From a virus (Duplodnaviria > Heunggongvirae > Uroviricota > Caudoviricetes), in the IMG/VR virus record IMGVR_UViG_2513237361_000012, positions 17,300 to 81,299 of that record: a DNA stretch of 64,000 nucleotides; one strand, 5' to 3'. Of this stretch, positions 42,827 through 54,292 are shown piece by piece. A program made the translations under genes and the position numbers. A model generated the notes under the pieces. That model was not told the origin of the DNA. It worked only from the letters and a program-made list of their open reading frames with translations, and made no database searches. How positions within the stretch are numbered: position 1 is the first letter of the stretch; each line of letters starts with the position of its first letter.

Positions 42827-42894
42827 TCTTTGTATCAGCACTGATACAAGTTGCAGCACTGCCGCCTTTCTTCCCCTGATGGCAACCTTTCCCT

Positions 42895-43473
42895 ATGAAC
42901 GCACAATTAACCGAAATCATGCGCCTTATCACCAACCTGATCCGCATAGGTGTAGTCACCGAAGTGGACAGGGCAAATTGGCTGTGTCGGGTGAAAACTG
43001 GCGACCTCGAAACCAACTGGATTAACTGGCTGACACTGCGCGCGGGCAAATCGCGCACCTGGTGGAAACCGTCTGTGGGTGAGCAGGTTGTGCTGTTCAG
43101 CCTTGGCGGCAATCTGGAAACCGCGTTTGCCCTGCCTGCGGTCTACTCAAACCAGTTTCCGCCACCTTCAGGCTCTGAGGACGGCAACGTGACGGAATAC
43201 CCGGACGGCGGCTGGTTTGAATACGAACCCGCCACCGGGCGCTGGTATGTCAGGGGCATCAAATCAATGGTCATTGAGGCCGCTGACAATATCACCCTGA
43301 AAACCAGTGAGTTTGTGCTGGAGGCTGACCGCACGCGTATTAACAGCGAAGTGGTGATCAATGGTGGCGTTACCCAGGGCGGCGGAGCGATGAGCTCTAA
43401 CGGGATTGTGGTTGATGCGCATCAGCATACTGGCGTCCTGAAGGGCGGTGATACAACCGGAGGCCCGGTATGA
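42895..43473 (+). CDS. V: P2 V-like baseplate spike protein
   Basis: 192-aa ORF. Confidence 0.65.
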   Translation: MNAQLTEIMRLITNLIRIGVVTEVDRANWLCRVKTGDLETNWINWLTLRAGKSRTWWKPSVGEQVVLFSLGGNLETAFALPAVYSNQFPPPSGSEDGNVTEYPDGGWFEYEPATGRWYVRGIKSMVIEAADNITLKTSEFVLEADRTRINSEVVINGGVTQGGGAMSSNGIVVDAHQHTGVLKGGDTTGGPV

Positions 43474-43829
43474 CGCTTTATAGCGGGATGAACAATACCA
43501 GCGGCAAAGTCATTACTGATATTGATCATCTGCGCCAGTCGGTGCGGGACATTCTGCTGACACCGCAGGGTAGCCGCATTGCCCGCCGGGAATATGGTTC
43601 CCTCCTGTCGGTTTTAATAGATCAGCCACAAAATCCGGCATTACGCCTGCAGGTCATGTCGGCAGTGTATGTGGCGCTGAGTCGCTGGGAGCCACGGCTG
43701 ACGCTGGATTCCATCACCATCAACAGCAACTTTGACGGTTCTATGGTGGTGGAGCTGACCGGGCGGCGGAATAACGGTGTGCCTGTGTCCCTTTCCGTAT
43801 CAACAGGAGCAGAGAATGGCAGTGATTGA
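43470..43829 (+). CDS. W: P2 W-like baseplate wedge (gp25-like) protein
   Basis: 119-aa ORF. Confidence 0.7.
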   Translation: MTLYSGMNNTSGKVITDIDHLRQSVRDILLTPQGSRIARREYGSLLSVLIDQPQNPALRLQVMSAVYVALSRWEPRLTLDSITINSNFDGSMVVELTGRRNNGVPVSLSVSTGAENGSD

Positions 43830-44724
43830 CCTTTCGCAGTTGCCTGCACCGCAGATTGTGGATGTGCCGGACTTTGAGACGCTGCTTGCCGAACGCAAGG
43901 CAGAATTTGTGGCGCTTCATCCGAAAGATGAGCAGGAAGCCGTGATCCGCACGCTGGAACTGGAATCTGAACCCGTCACTAAATTGTTGCAGGAGAACGC
44001 TTACCGTGAGTTGCTTCTGCGCCAGCGCATTAACGAAGCCGCGCAGGCGGTGATGGTGGCTTACGCGATGGGCGGCGATCTTGACCAGCTCGCTGCCAAC
44101 TACAACGTGACACGCCTGACGGTGACGCCTGCTGATAATGATGCTGTGCCGCCTGTTGCGGCTGTGATGGAAAGTGATGAAGCGTTACGCCTGCGTGTGC
44201 CTGCAGCCTTTGAAGGGCTTTCTGTTGCGGGGCCAACTGCAGCTTATGAATTTCATGCCCGAAGCGCCGACGGTCGGGTGGCGGATGCCAGTGCAACCAG
44301 CCCGGCACCTGCAGAGGTGGTGCTGACTGTCCTTAGCCGCGAAGGCGATGGAACTGCAGAAAAAGACCTGCTGGATGTGGTGGAAAAAGCTCTGAACAGT
44401 GAGAACGTCCGCCCGGTGGCTGACCGTCTGACGGTTCGCAGCGCAGAAATCATCCCGTACCGAGTGGAAGCCACCATTTTTCTCTATCCGGGGCCGGAAG
44501 CAGAGCCGGTAATGGCAGCGGCAAAAGCCAGCCTGCAGAAGTACATCGCCAGTCAGACGCGGCTTGGTCGGGATATTCGCCGTAGCGCCATCTTTGCCGC
44601 CCTGCATGTTGAGGGAGTGCAGCGTGTGGAGCTGGCTTCGCCACTGGCGGATGTGGTCCTGAACAAAACACAGGCGGCATCATGTACGCAGTGGAGCGTG
44701 ACCAACGGAGGAACGGATGAATAG
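43816..44724 (+). CDS. J: P2 J-like baseplate protein
   Basis: Start at MAVIDLSQ with RBS GGAG. Confidence 0.75.
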   Translation: MAVIDLSQLPAPQIVDVPDFETLLAERKAEFVALHPKDEQEAVIRTLELESEPVTKLLQENAYRELLLRQRINEAAQAVMVAYAMGGDLDQLAANYNVTRLTVTPADNDAVPPVAAVMESDEALRLRVPAAFEGLSVAGPTAAYEFHARSADGRVADASATSPAPAEVVLTVLSREGDGTAEKDLLDVVEKALNSENVRPVADRLTVRSAEIIPYRVEATIFLYPGPEAEPVMAAAKASLQKYIASQTRLGRDIRRSAIFAALHVEGVQRVELASPLADVVLNKTQAASCTQWSVTNGGTDE

Positions 44725-45322
44725 TCTGCTGCCACCGGGTTCAACTTCACTGGAGCGACGACTGGCGCAAACCTGCAGTGGGATTTCTGATCTGCAGGTG
44801 CCGCTGCGTGACTTGTGGAATCCGGCAACCTGTCCGGTCAGTTTCCTGCCTTATCTCGCCTGGGCGTTCTCTGTGGATCGCTGGGACGAGAGCTGGACAG
44901 AAAGCGTCAAGCGCCAGGTGGTGAAGGATGCTTTTTATATTCATCAGCATAAAGGGACCACCAGTGCCGTGCGGAGGGTGGTGGAGCCGTTCGGCTTTCT
45001 GATCCGCATTATTGAGTGGTGGCAGACCGGAGAGACACCGGGCACGTTTCGTCTGGATATCGGCGTGCAGGACCAGGGCATCACTGAAGATACCTATCTG
45101 GAACTTGAGCGACTGATAAGCGATGCCAAACCATGTAGCCGTCACATGATCGGCATGTCCATCAACCTGCAGACCAGCGGCCCGCATTGGGTGGGAGTCG
45201 CCAGCTATCTTGGCGAAGAAATCACGATCTATCCGTATATCAACGAAACGATTATTTCCGGTGGCACCGCGCATGAAGGCGGGGCGGTCCATGTTATTGA
45301 CACAATGAGAGTGAATCCATGA
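44717..45322 (+). CDS. I: P2 I-like baseplate/tail protein
   Basis: 201-aa ORF. Confidence 0.7.
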   Translation: MNSLLPPGSTSLERRLAQTCSGISDLQVPLRDLWNPATCPVSFLPYLAWAFSVDRWDESWTESVKRQVVKDAFYIHQHKGTTSAVRRVVEPFGFLIRIIEWWQTGETPGTFRLDIGVQDQGITEDTYLELERLISDAKPCSRHMIGMSINLQTSGPHWVGVASYLGEEITIYPYINETIISGGTAHEGGAVHVIDTMRVNP

Positions 45323-46500
45323 GCACAAAATTTTATACCCTGCTGACGGATATTGGCGCGGCGAAACTTGCCAGCGCCGCCGCGCTCGGTGTGCCGCTAA
45401 AAATTACCCATATGGCGGTGGGCGATGGTGGCGGAACATTGCCGACGCCAGACTCAAAGCAGACTGTACTGGTAAATGAGAAACGCCGGGCTGCGCTGAA
45501 TATGCTCTATATCGACCCGCAGAACAGCAGCCAGATTATTGCTGAACAGGTGATCCCTGAAAACGAGGGCGGTTGGTGGATACGTGAAGTGGGCCTGTTT
45601 GATGAGTCCGGAGCATTGATTGCCGTGGGCAACTGCCCGGAAAGCTATAAGCCGCAACTGGCTGAAGGCAGCGGGCGCACCCAGACCGTGCGCATGGTGC
45701 TGATTACCAGCAGTACGGACAATATCACCCTGAAAATCGACCCTGCTGTAGTGCTGGCAACCCGTAAATACGTGGATGATGAAGTCCTGGAATTAAAGCT
45801 GTATGTGGATGACCAGATGAGAAACCACATTGCCGCACAAGATCCTCATACCCAGTATGCGCAGAAACATAATCCGACATTTACCGGAGAACCAAAAGCG
45901 CCGACGCCTGCAGCAGGAAATAACACCACGCGGATTGCGACCACTGAGTTTGTTCAGGCCGCTATTACTGCTCTGATTAACGGTGCGCCAGCCACGCTGG
46001 ACACACTGAAAGAAATTGCCGCAGCCATTAACAATGACCCGAAATTCAGTACCACCATTAACAATGCGCTGGCACTAAAAGCACCGCTGTCGAGTCCGGC
46101 ACTCACCGGAACGCCAACAGCACCTACTGCGGCACAGTCGGTCAACAATACACAGATTGCCACTACAGCTTTTGTGAAATCAGCGATTGCAGCAATGGTG
46201 GGTTCTGCACCTGCGGCACTGGATACACTGAACGAACTGGCGGCGGCGCTGGGGAATGACCCGAACTTTGCCACGACAATGCTTAATGCACTGGCAGGTA
46301 AACAACCGCTGGACAATACGCTGACTAATTTGAGTGGAAAGGATGTAGCTGGTCTTCTCACATACCTTGGTTTGGGAGAAGCTGTTGCAGTGCCACAGCG
46401 TCCTGGCTTTTCGGAGAAAAGTCTTTCAGGCCAAGCTGCTTACGATAGGCATCCCACCAACGGGAAAGAAGCTGGTAACGTCCGGCGGCTGTTGATTTGA
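45319..46500 (+). pseudogene. H: P2 H-like tail fibre, N-terminal ~350 aa only; 3' end replaced by lambdoid sequence
   Basis: Typical tail-fibre N-terminal domain with repeated collagen-like motifs; distal codons are read through the reverse complement of lambda R. Confidence 0.7.
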
Positions 46501-46675
46501 GTTTTGGGTTTAGCGTGACAAGTTTGCGAGGGTGATCGGAGTAATCAGTGAATAGCTCTCCGCCAACAATGACGTCATAACCATGATTTCTGGTTTTCTG
46601 ACGTCCGTTATCAGTTCCCTCTGACCACGCCAGCATATCGAGGAACGCCTTACGTTGATTATTGATTTCCACCAT
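46358..46675 (-). pseudogene. R: lambda R-type endolysin, N-terminal 98 aa only (C-terminus lost at junction with P2 H)
   Basis: [35 protein letters not shown]... matches lambda R to ...DAVALQQ, then ends after 7 unrelated residues. Confidence 0.8.
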
Positions 46676-46982
46676 CTTCTACTCCGGCTTTTTTAGCAGC
46701 GAAGCGTTTGATAAGCGAACCAATCGAGTCAGTACCGATGTAGCCGATGAACACGCTCGTTATATAAGCGAGATTGCTACTTAGTCCGGCGAAGTCGAGA
46801 AGGTCACGAATGAACCAGGCGATAATGGCGCACATCGTTGCGTCGATTACTGTTTTTGTAAACGCACCGCCATTATATCTGCCGCGAAGGTACGCCATTG
46901 CAAACGCAAGGATTGCCCCGATGCCTTGTTCCTTTGCCGCGAGAATAGCGGCTAACAGGTCATGTTTTTCTGGCATCTTCAT
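46659..46982 (-). CDS. S: lambda S-type holin
   Basis: [39 protein letters not shown]... near-identical to lambda S. Confidence 0.9.
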   Translation of the reverse strand: MKMPEKHDLLAAILAAKEQGIGAILAFAMAYLRGRYNGGAFTKTVIDATMCAIIAWFIRDLLDFAGLSSNLAYITSVFIGYIGTDSIGSLIKRFAAKKAGVEDGGNQ

Positions 46983-47097
46983 GTCTTACCCCCAATAAGG
47001 GGATTTGCTCTATTTAATTAGGAATAAGGTCGATTACTGATAGAACAAATCCAGGCTACTGTGTTTAGTAATCAGATTTGTTCGTGACCGATATGCA

Positions 47098-47135
47098 CGG
47101 GCAAAACGGCAGGAGGTTGTTAGCGCGACCTCCTG
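47098..47135 (-). terminator. candidate late-operon terminator (tR'-like) between Q and S
   Basis: GC-rich hairpin (CAGGAGG...CCTCCTG) followed by a short T-run on the minus strand. Confidence 0.3.
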
Positions 47136-47579
47136 TCACCCGCTTTCACGAAGATCATGTGTAGAAGGCCGCAGCGTAACTATCACTGATGAATTCAGGA
47201 CAGCCAGTGGCTACGGCTCAGTTTGGGTTGTGGCGGTCGGTGCTGAACTCCGACTTAATGGCGATAGGCGTGTACCGACGCCTCGTTTTACTTCCTCCGC
47301 TTTCACGGCTTCACCCTAGACCAGCTTTACGAAATCCTCGTAAACCTAACCGCGGCAGATATGACCGGCACGGTGTGCCATATCACGGACCGGCGGGTAT
47401 CTCGTTCACCTGATTAACGCATCAGCCTGCGTATTCACCACAACGATAAGAGCACTGCGCGGCACCTTTAACCAATTCCGCGAGGTCTGCGGGTTCAATG
47501 CTCTTACCTGTTGTGCAAACAAAAAAAGCCACCGTTGCAACTTAAGAGTCACTAACGGCAGCTTACCTTCTAATTATGG

Positions 47580-48098
47580 CTAAATGGATAATTGCATGTC
47601 AAGGCTTTTAACAGCAACATGCTTAACTTTCTCAACACGTTTACGCATTTTGAAAGCATTTTGCATTGGTTGGTACAAAACAAATAACGACGCTTTCAGG
47701 ATGTCGTCAATTTCGTTTCTACAGGTTGCCAGTGAAGGTTTTCTCCATCCATCGCCACCACGTCCACACATCTTGCGTGGCTTTGCAGTCGCGTGATAGT
47801 AGGATGCAATTGCTCGCTTAGATGAACCATGAGCGTAGTAGCTGAGGAGGATGCCAAAGGCTTTCTTGTCAATGTACATGACGGAATCGACGACCTGAGA
47901 AATCAACATTCCATCATCATCATTGCACATTGGCCTTGTCATAACTCTTCCCGGCTCTACGCTCTCCATGAACTTCGCTATTACGCTGCTCATGCGCTTT
48001 TCCAGACGACCTGAATAAACCCATGCGCCCCACAGCTCAAGCCAGCCATTCAGCCACTCGTGCTGCTCTTTGGTGAGGTTTAGTTCTCTTATGCCCAT
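47580..48098 (-). CDS. late antiterminator Q-like protein (non-lambda Q family)
   Basis: 172-aa ORF between nin region and holin; WGAW motif as in QuuD-type antiterminators. Confidence 0.55.
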   Translation of the reverse strand: MGIRELNLTKEQHEWLNGWLELWGAWVYSGRLEKRMSSVIAKFMESVEPGRVMTRPMCNDDDGMLISQVVDSVMYIDKKAFGILLSYYAHGSSKRAIASYYHATAKPRKMCGRGGDGWRKPSLATCRNEIDDILKASLFVLYQPMQNAFKMRKRVEKVKHVAVKSLDMQLSI

Positions 48099-48769
48099 AC
48101 GCCTTCTCCCTGTACCTGAATCAATGTGAGGTTTCCGCAGAACACTGCGCCGGTATCGATATACATCTGGTTGGCAAATTTGAGTGGTTTCACTGCTGGC
48201 GTATGACCAAAGATGAACGTGTCCGCGCCTTTAATTTCTTTCACGATCCCGTCTTGTGAGTTGCTGATTCGTTTGCGGTTCCAGATTACCTGCTGATGAT
48301 CAACTGGCTTTCCAAACTCGTATTCGTCAAAGGGATAATCGGCGTGGCAGATGACATATTTTTTATCTTTGCTCACCAGTTCGATGATTAATGGAAGTTC
48401 TTCTGCTTTATGGGCAAGAGCTTTAGCCAGAGTTTCTTTGTCGTAATCGAGATTAAAGAACCAACTACCGCCATTAAGCAGCCAGTGATTGACGTTTCCA
48501 CGCTCTGATAAGCCATCAATCATCATTTGCTCATGGTTTCCACGTACAGCTCGGAACCAGGGGAATGTGATTAATTCCAGACATTCGACGTTCTCTGTAC
48601 CGCGATCGACCAAATCGCCAACCGAGATAAGCAGGTCTTTTTTGGTGTCGAATCCTATCGTCTCCAGTTTTTTCATCAGGTTCGTGTAGCATCCGTGCAG
48701 ATCGCCAACTACCCAAATATTTCGGTATTTGCTGCCATCAATTTTTTCGTAATAGCGCATCTCTTTCAC
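48089..48769 (-). CDS. serine/threonine protein phosphatase (lambda NinI-like)
   Basis: GDLHGC, GDLVDRG, GNHE calcineurin-like phosphoesterase motifs. Confidence 0.85.
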   Translation of the reverse strand: MKEMRYYEKIDGSKYRNIWVVGDLHGCYTNLMKKLETIGFDTKKDLLISVGDLVDRGTENVECLELITFPWFRAVRGNHEQMMIDGLSERGNVNHWLLNGGSWFFNLDYDKETLAKALAHKAEELPLIIELVSKDKKYVICHADYPFDEYEFGKPVDHQQVIWNRKRISNSQDGIVKEIKGADTFIFGHTPAVKPLKFANQMYIDTGAVFCGNLTLIQVQGEGVWA

Positions 48770-48944
48770 TCCATCCGCGATGAACCATGAGAACGTCGTT
48801 GACTATGGCGTGCATTTTCCCGTCTTTATCATCAACGTATTTTCTGACCGTACCGCGACTACATTTCAGTCTGCGTGCTACTTCTGTCTGGTTTCCGTAT
48901 GCTTCAACAAGCATGTCTGGAATGGTTTTTACTGAGAACGTCAT
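48738..48944 (-). CDS. ninH: NinH-like protein
   Basis: 68-aa ORF with NinH-like sequence in nin region. Confidence 0.6.
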   Translation of the reverse strand: MTFSVKTIPDMLVEAYGNQTEVARRLKCSRGTVRKYVDDKDGKMHAIVNDVLMVHRGWSERDALLRKN

Positions 48945-49552
48945 GCGGCCTCACTTCTGCTATTTCTCAGGTCTTTGAGTTTCTGCTGATACTCCGCCTT
49001 GATGGACCTGCACTCTTCGACAGTCCAGCGATGGCGGCTATGGTTTGATTCGATTTCGTCTACTGCTTCCTGCCCGATGCGGCTAATCAGTTCGACGCGA
49101 TACGGAACGAGATTTCCGCTTTTGTGCTGGTTGCACACCACGCATTGCTTGTGAATATTGCGTTCATCAAATCGGAGTTGAGGTGCCGCAGCAGTTGTCC
49201 GGTAATGTCCAGCATCCCACTGAGCAGACGTGAGCGTTCCGCACGAGATACATGGTAAGTCGCGGTCTCTTTCTCTGATGAAGGCGTTTACGGCTTGTTG
49301 GGCTTGTTTAATCCAGTAACTGCGGGGCTTTAAGGCGAGTTTTCGAATCTTCAGTTTATCTTTCTGTTTCTGCTCCTCTCGTCGTCGTTTCTTCTCTGCT
49401 GCTTTTTCCGCTTTTTCGCGTTCTTTACTTCGTCGTTCGAGTGCTATTTTGGTTCCACACTCTGGAGAGCACCACCACTGATTAGCGAATGCAGGGTGAA
49501 ACCATTCCCGGCATTCATCGTTTTTACATCGTCTTCGCGCTGGTTTAGCCAT
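48941..49552 (-). CDS. ninG: NinG/Rap-like recombination protein
   Basis: 203-aa basic protein with multiple Cys pairs, nin position. Confidence 0.65.
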   Translation of the reverse strand: MAKPARRRCKNDECREWFHPAFANQWWCSPECGTKIALERRSKEREKAEKAAEKKRRREEQKQKDKLKIRKLALKPRSYWIKQAQQAVNAFIRERDRDLPCISCGTLTSAQWDAGHYRTTAAAPQLRFDERNIHKQCVVCNQHKSGNLVPYRVELISRIGQEAVDEIESNHSRHRWTVEECRSIKAEYQQKLKDLRNSRSEAA

Positions 49553-49721
49553 CGTCTTCTTCCTCGTACATTGAGCTATTCGGATCGCTCATCAGTTCTG
49601 CGCAGCAATCGGAGCACACGTGAACTTCCAGCACATGCAGCTTCTGACCGCAGTTAGCGCACGTTAAAGCCCGCTCGACGCTTTCTTTCTGGTATTGAAG
49701 GGATTGGGATGGGCTAAGCAT
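49549..49721 (-). CDS. NinF-like small zinc-binding protein
   Basis: ~57-aa ORF (below ORF-track cutoff) with CANCG...CSDCC, overlapping ninG start. Confidence 0.35.
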
Positions 49722-50115
49722 TATTGGCGTCCTGCATCATGAGAAAGACAATCATGGCAGCGCGGAGTGGGTTTTCATCTTGATTCATATGATATGGGGT
49801 ACTATCACTGCCAACTTTTCTATGCGCTGCCTTCCATAATCCATTTTCTGGCGCTGGAATAATGCCAATTCTGTTCTCTACGATAATCGGCTCTGCGTCT
49901 GATGGGCTTTTACAGTAATCAACCGTTTTTATTGCATAACCAGTTTCGTCATCCCACTCAACACCAACGATTGATGTTCCCAACTTTGCGATTTCGCAAT
50001 CTTCGGGAGCAAATCCACAGCAAATTGCCACTCGCTTGTTAATTTCAAAATCACTTAACTGTGAATAATCCATTGTCATTTCCTCGCACGATGTCTTAGC
50101 CACCGGATATCCCAC
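49714..50115 (-). CDS. hypothetical nin-region protein
   Basis: 133-aa ORF. Confidence 0.4.
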   Translation of the reverse strand: MGYPVAKTSCEEMTMDYSQLSDFEINKRVAICCGFAPEDCEIAKLGTSIVGVEWDDETGYAIKTVDYCKSPSDAEPIIVENRIGIIPAPENGLWKAAHRKVGSDSTPYHMNQDENPLRAAMIVFLMMQDANNA

Positions 50116-50342
50116 AGATGAGCCGTGTAATTGAAGGTTTTTACGTCAGATTCTTTTGGGATTGGCTTGCGTTTATTTCTGGAGCGTTTCGTTGGAAGGT
50201 ATTTGCAGTTTTCGCAGATGATGTCGGTGAAACTTCGTCGCTGTCGCCTCATGCCGCCCTCCTGACGCCCTGCCCGATCGCCATCAATGCCGCTTTGGAT
50301 ACGGTAGTAAACATCCGTCGAGGACTGATGAACGGTCGCCAA
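50076..50342 (-). CDS. hypothetical nin-region protein (possible NinE-like)
   Basis: 88-aa basic ORF with CxxC. Confidence 0.3.
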   Translation of the reverse strand: MATVHQSSTDVYYRIQSGIDGDRAGRQEGGMRRQRRSFTDIICENCKYLPTKRSRNKRKPIPKESDVKTFNYTAHLWDIRWLRHRARK

Positions 50343-50776
50343 ATCAGCAGCATGGAGCCTTTGCTGTTTCCCTTCTTCTCCAGCCCTGTCGATGGTTCGA
50401 TAAAATTAATCCGTCCATCAGTGATGATGCGAACTTCGTCAACACTCTCCAGAGCCTTGCTGAACCATCCGACTGACATATCCTCTGGCACAAGCATAAC
50501 TACCGTCTGTCGCTGTTGTATGCACTGCTCAGCGGCTTTTTCCACCCACGGCCTGATATTGCTGTACGGTGGGTTATTCCAGATTGCACCGTGGCTTATC
50601 CACTCAGAATTTAGCGCGTCGTCGGCCTCAGTTAGCCAGTGAGCGCACAGAGCATTTTTGTCGCTCGCTGCCGAGTCCAGCCAGAATCCAAACTCAATAT
50701 CCAGCGCATCAAAAAGCCAAAGCGGCGTTTGCCAGCAGTCCTTGTCGTGTGATGGCGTATTTGATTTGATAGTCAT
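50249..50776 (-). CDS. phage-type DNA N6-adenine methyltransferase
   Basis: NPPY catalytic motif (WNNPPYSNI); start likely at MTIKSN. Confidence 0.7.
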   Translation of the reverse strand: MTIKSNTPSHDKDCWQTPLWLFDALDIEFGFWLDSAASDKNALCAHWLTEADDALNSEWISHGAIWNNPPYSNIRPWVEKAAEQCIQQRQTVVMLVPEDMSVGWFSKALESVDEVRIITDGRINFIEPSTGLEKKGNSKGSMLLIWRPFISPRRMFTTVSKAALMAIGQGVRRAA

Positions 50777-51237
50777 GCAGCCTTCCCTTTTCGTTGTGAC
50801 CATTCATACTCTCGCCTGGAGTCATCACTCCACCGCACGTTGCGCTCTGAGCCGAACCAGAACATGATTTCGATAAGCTCAGTCATGTTGGCCTTTCGCA
50901 TTTTGCTAGTACGCACGCCAAGCATGACAACGCCACCGTCGATACCAGGCGCACTTCTTTGCTCCATTTTTTTGGTCTTAAGCCACAGGGCAGTGAACAG
51001 ATCTTTCCAGTCCTCCGGCGCAAGTCTCTCTCCATGCCAAAGCACCTGACGCGATACGTCCTGCAATAACGCCCACATAAGGCGGTTTTGAGGATTACTC
51101 CGCTTGGCTTCTTTAACGTGGACTTCGTGAGGTGACTTGTCGTCGATGGGGAGTGAGAGTATTGCGTCTATGACATTGTTTCTGATTGCTTCGTTGCGAA
51201 GCATGTATATTTGCTTCATCGTTACCTCAACTAACAA
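50773..51237 (-). CDS. ninB: NinB-like recombination protein
   Basis: 154-aa ORF with NinB-like sequence. Confidence 0.65.
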   Translation of the reverse strand: MLVEVTMKQIYMLRNEAIRNNVIDAILSLPIDDKSPHEVHVKEAKRSNPQNRLMWALLQDVSRQVLWHGERLAPEDWKDLFTALWLKTKKMEQRSAPGIDGGVVMLGVRTSKMRKANMTELIEIMFWFGSERNVRWSDDSRREYEWSQRKGKAA

Positions 51238-51433
51238 AACGCCACGCCATTTTTGCTACAGCGACAGGCATAACACCGATAATCACCCACAGGAAAATGC
51301 TACCGAAAAGCACACCCACCAGGTCTTTACCTTCGCCTACCAACCGGACAAAACTTCCGACAACCACAATGAACGTCGACACCATCCACATAGCACCGAG
51401 AATCCTCAATGCAGAGAAAATTAACTCAGCCAC
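51227..51433 (-). CDS. small membrane protein
   Basis: 68-aa hydrophobic ORF. Confidence 0.3.
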   Translation of the reverse strand: MAELIFSALRILGAMWMVSTFIVVVGSFVRLVGEGKDLVGVLFGSIFLWVIIGVMPVAVAKMAWRFVS

Positions 51434-51505
51434 GATTTACTCTCCCCCAAATAAAAAGGCCTGCGATTACCAGCAGGCCTGTTACAAGCTCAGTGATGTA
51501 GATGG

Positions 51506-52882
51506 TCATACGTCAGCCCCTTGTGCATATCGCCTGCCACGTGCAGCGGGTGCATTTGATGTTGTGCAAATCTGTCTGGCTTCATCCTGGTCACATGCAA
51601 CAAAGTGTCCGTTACAGAACCGCTGGTAAACCGTACCAAGCGAGCCAAAACGGTTTTTCGTCACAATGATTTCAGCAAATGGCGCGGCGCTACTGTTCTC
51701 GTCATATACCGCTTCCCGATAGAGCATGATGATTGAGTCTGCGTCCTGCTCAATGCTTCCTGAATCACGCAAATCTGCGTTTGTCGGGCGTTTGTTTGGT
51801 CGCTTCTCAACATCGCGCGAAAGCTGACTCAGGGAGATAACCGGTGTTTTCAGGTCTTTCGCCATCGCCTTCAGGCTTCCGGAGATGTGAGCAATTGCGA
51901 GGTCGTTGCGGTCTGCTTTCGGCTTCTCAATCAGGCCAAGATAATCCGCCATGATGAGTGAGAGGTTTGGATTTTCCTGTTTGTGCCGTTCTGCGATTGA
52001 GCGTATTTCTTCGACCGATAACCGCGAGGCATCGACTACCCATACATCCAAATCCGCAAGCTGACTCATGCCGTTAGCAACACGCGCCCAGCCTTCGTCA
52101 TCCATCGATGCAGGATTTCGCAGTACGCTAACCGACATCCTCCCGGCGTTGGCAATGCTTCGCTCTGCAATCTGCAATGCGCTCATTTCCATCGAGAAAA
52201 TCAACACTCCGCGCCGGACGTCAGAACCAGGAATAACGCGGCTTGCAACGCCTTCGGCAATCTTCAGCGCCAGTTCGGTTTTCCCCATACCAGGACGAGC
52301 AGCGATTATCACAAGGTCTTCCGCGTTCATCCCTCCGGTGATGGCGTCAAGTTCTTCGATTCCGGTCTTCAGGGTATCTGACTCTTCTCCGTTCCTCAGA
52401 CGCCTGTCAAGCGTGTCAGTGTAGTCGGTGATGATTTCCCCTAACCGTACAGGTTTAACCTCGTCACGGGGCTTTCTGATAGCTGAAAGACGCTTTACAA
52501 GCTCGTCCATCGCCTGACTCGATGTATCGATGGTTCCGCTCTGAATTGGTTCACGCATTTCATCCATGATTTCCAGCACCAGACGGCGGTGATAGTTATC
52601 CGCGACCATTCCGGCATATCCCTTCAGGTTTGCGGCACTCGGGCAGTTTTTGCTGGTCATCAGGATTGACGTGAAATGCTCCTCTCCGCACTCCTCGGCA
52701 ACCATCAGCGCGTCGATTAGGTTTCTGTTTCGCGCCTGCTTGCGGATAACCTCGAAGGCTTTCCGGTAGAGCGGAATTGAAAACGCTTCCGGCTCAAGCG
52801 TTGCCAGAACGTCACTGGCAGTTGGTGTTAATCCACCAATCAGCAAGCCACCGATAACGCTCGCTTCGATATCCTGTTTCAT
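51506..52882 (-). CDS. DnaB-family replicative helicase (P22 gene 12-like)
   Basis: Walker A GMGKT, DnaB-like N- and C-terminal domains, 458 aa. Confidence 0.85.
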   Translation of the reverse strand: MKQDIEASVIGGLLIGGLTPTASDVLATLEPEAFSIPLYRKAFEVIRKQARNRNLIDALMVAEECGEEHFTSILMTSKNCPSAANLKGYAGMVADNYHRRLVLEIMDEMREPIQSGTIDTSSQAMDELVKRLSAIRKPRDEVKPVRLGEIITDYTDTLDRRLRNGEESDTLKTGIEELDAITGGMNAEDLVIIAARPGMGKTELALKIAEGVASRVIPGSDVRRGVLIFSMEMSALQIAERSIANAGRMSVSVLRNPASMDDEGWARVANGMSQLADLDVWVVDASRLSVEEIRSIAERHKQENPNLSLIMADYLGLIEKPKADRNDLAIAHISGSLKAMAKDLKTPVISLSQLSRDVEKRPNKRPTNADLRDSGSIEQDADSIIMLYREAVYDENSSAAPFAEIIVTKNRFGSLGTVYQRFCNGHFVACDQDEARQICTTSNAPAARGRRYAQGADV

Positions 52883-53700
52883 GCAATCCCCCTGTCTGCA
52901 AACTTCCCTTCCCGAACTCCCGTTAACGAATCTTCCCTCAGCAGGTAATCAAAATCTGCCGTCCAGCCCGTGTCGTTGTCTCCGAAGTAAAACGGCTTGG
53001 CCTGATGCACAAACGCCCTGACATACGCTCTGAAACCGTCCACGTTTGGCGTTTTCAGTTGCGGGATGATTTTCTTCAGGCGGCGTTTGCGTTTCTCGTT
53101 GACCGCAACAGCGTGTGGAAGCCTGTCACCGACTTCGGTGTTGTAGGCGTTGAGGAAGGATTCGTAGTCGATTCGTTCTGCCTTGCGACGTTCAGGTTTA
53201 ACCTGCCCATCGCCGCCCCCGTTAGGGGGTAAGGGGGTATTTGTATTTATTGTCTTTTGTATATTGTCTTTTGTGTTTAGCTGACTTGGCTTATACCCAT
53301 TAGCCGACTTGGCTAATGTTTTATTAGCTGTTTTAGCTAATGTTAAGCTGCCCTGGCTAATCCACTGAGAAACCACCTTGTTCACTCCGATTTTCACGCC
53401 ATCAGCAATGAGGAATTTACGCTCGATAAGCTGGCGCTTGGCAGCGCAAACATGAGTGTGATGAATACCTGTCATGGCTGCTATCTGCGTGTTTGTGAGT
53501 CGATCCATCGGCTTATTGAATCCGTATGTCTTGCGCATGATAGCGAGCATCACCTTCAACTGCCGGACGGTTAAATCAGCCATCAGCAGACTGTCGGTAA
53601 TCTCGTTAGCAACGCGCATGAAACCATCTTCGGTATCTGCCACGCGATGCTCCACGACCTCAAGTTGAGGCCTGTAATCAGCTAACTTAACGACGCCCAT
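52879..53700 (-). CDS. replication initiator O-like protein (P22 gene 18-like)
   Basis: N-terminal HTH region; ori iterons embedded in coding sequence. Confidence 0.75.
   Translation of the reverse strand: MGVVKLADYRPQLEVVEHRVADTEDGFMRVANEITDSLLMADLTVRQLKVMLAIMRKTYGFNKPMDRLTNTQIAAMTGIHHTHVCAAKRQLIERKFLIADGVKIGVNKVVSQWISQGSLTLAKTANKTLAKSANGYKPSQLNTKDNIQKTINTNTPLPPNGGGDGQVKPERRKAERIDYESFLNAYNTEVGDRLPHAVAVNEKRKRRLKKIIPQLKTPNVDGFRAYVRAFVHQAKPFYFGDNDTGWTADFDYLLREDSLTGVREGKFADRGIA
53278..53361. repeat. replication origin iterons inside the O-like gene
   Basis: Four ~17-bp direct repeats (TAGCYGACTTGGCTWAT-like) at ~23-bp spacing. Confidence 0.55.
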
Positions 53701-53880
53701 GTTTCACTCCTGCTTTGGCTAGTCTGTAAACACCAACAAGGCGCTCTGCGAACGCCCTGTTATTTGCTGCGGCTACCACTAATCCCTCAGGTGAATCAGG
53801 GTGTCGAATCTCTTCTTTTTCCTGGTATTTCTTACGACGTTTTGTCATAATGACTCCTGTGGATTGATCCAGTAATTCCC

Positions 53881-54177
53881 TCAGAATTGCATATCAATTT
53901 GCTTAGAGTCCCCGGCGGCCACCGGGGATTTTTTCTTTGTGATTTCATCAAGCGCATACTTAAAAGCCCTGCTAATCGGACTGATGTCTGATGCCATTCC
54001 GAAAGCACACAAGACCGAAGCAATAAATCTCCAGTCCGTTCTGCTTATCTTCGATTCATGACAGCCAATCATCTTTGCCAGACCGCGCTGGGTAAGCGTT
54101 GACAGGTTGATGAGTAAATCAGTTTCAGCGCGATCAATTTCTCGCTGTGTTGGCTTGCTGTAGCTTGCTTGTGCCAT
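53881..54177 (-). CDS. CII-like transcriptional activator (P22 c1-like)
   Basis: 98-aa HTH protein downstream of cro, CII-like sequence. Confidence 0.65.
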   Translation of the reverse strand: MAQASYSKPTQREIDRAETDLLINLSTLTQRGLAKMIGCHESKISRTDWRFIASVLCAFGMASDISPISRAFKYALDEITKKKSPVAAGDSKQIDMQF

Positions 54178-54292
54178 TTGTTAATTTTCCTATATTGATA
54201 TTGAGTTATAGCGGCACACCCAATGGATTTGCCGCTGATGTTTGCTCACCCGGTTAGAGGTGAAAGGCCAGAACTGTTAAAGAGCAATTTGC

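Noticed and set aside
46983-47579. Q-S intergenic region inspected for tRNA genes or toxin cargo
   Set aside because: No convincing ORF or tRNA structure seen; only a terminator-like hairpin recorded.
53278-53361. Regularly spaced direct repeats considered as a possible CRISPR array
   Set aside because: Only four short degenerate repeats inside the O-like gene, no cas genes; they are origin iterons.
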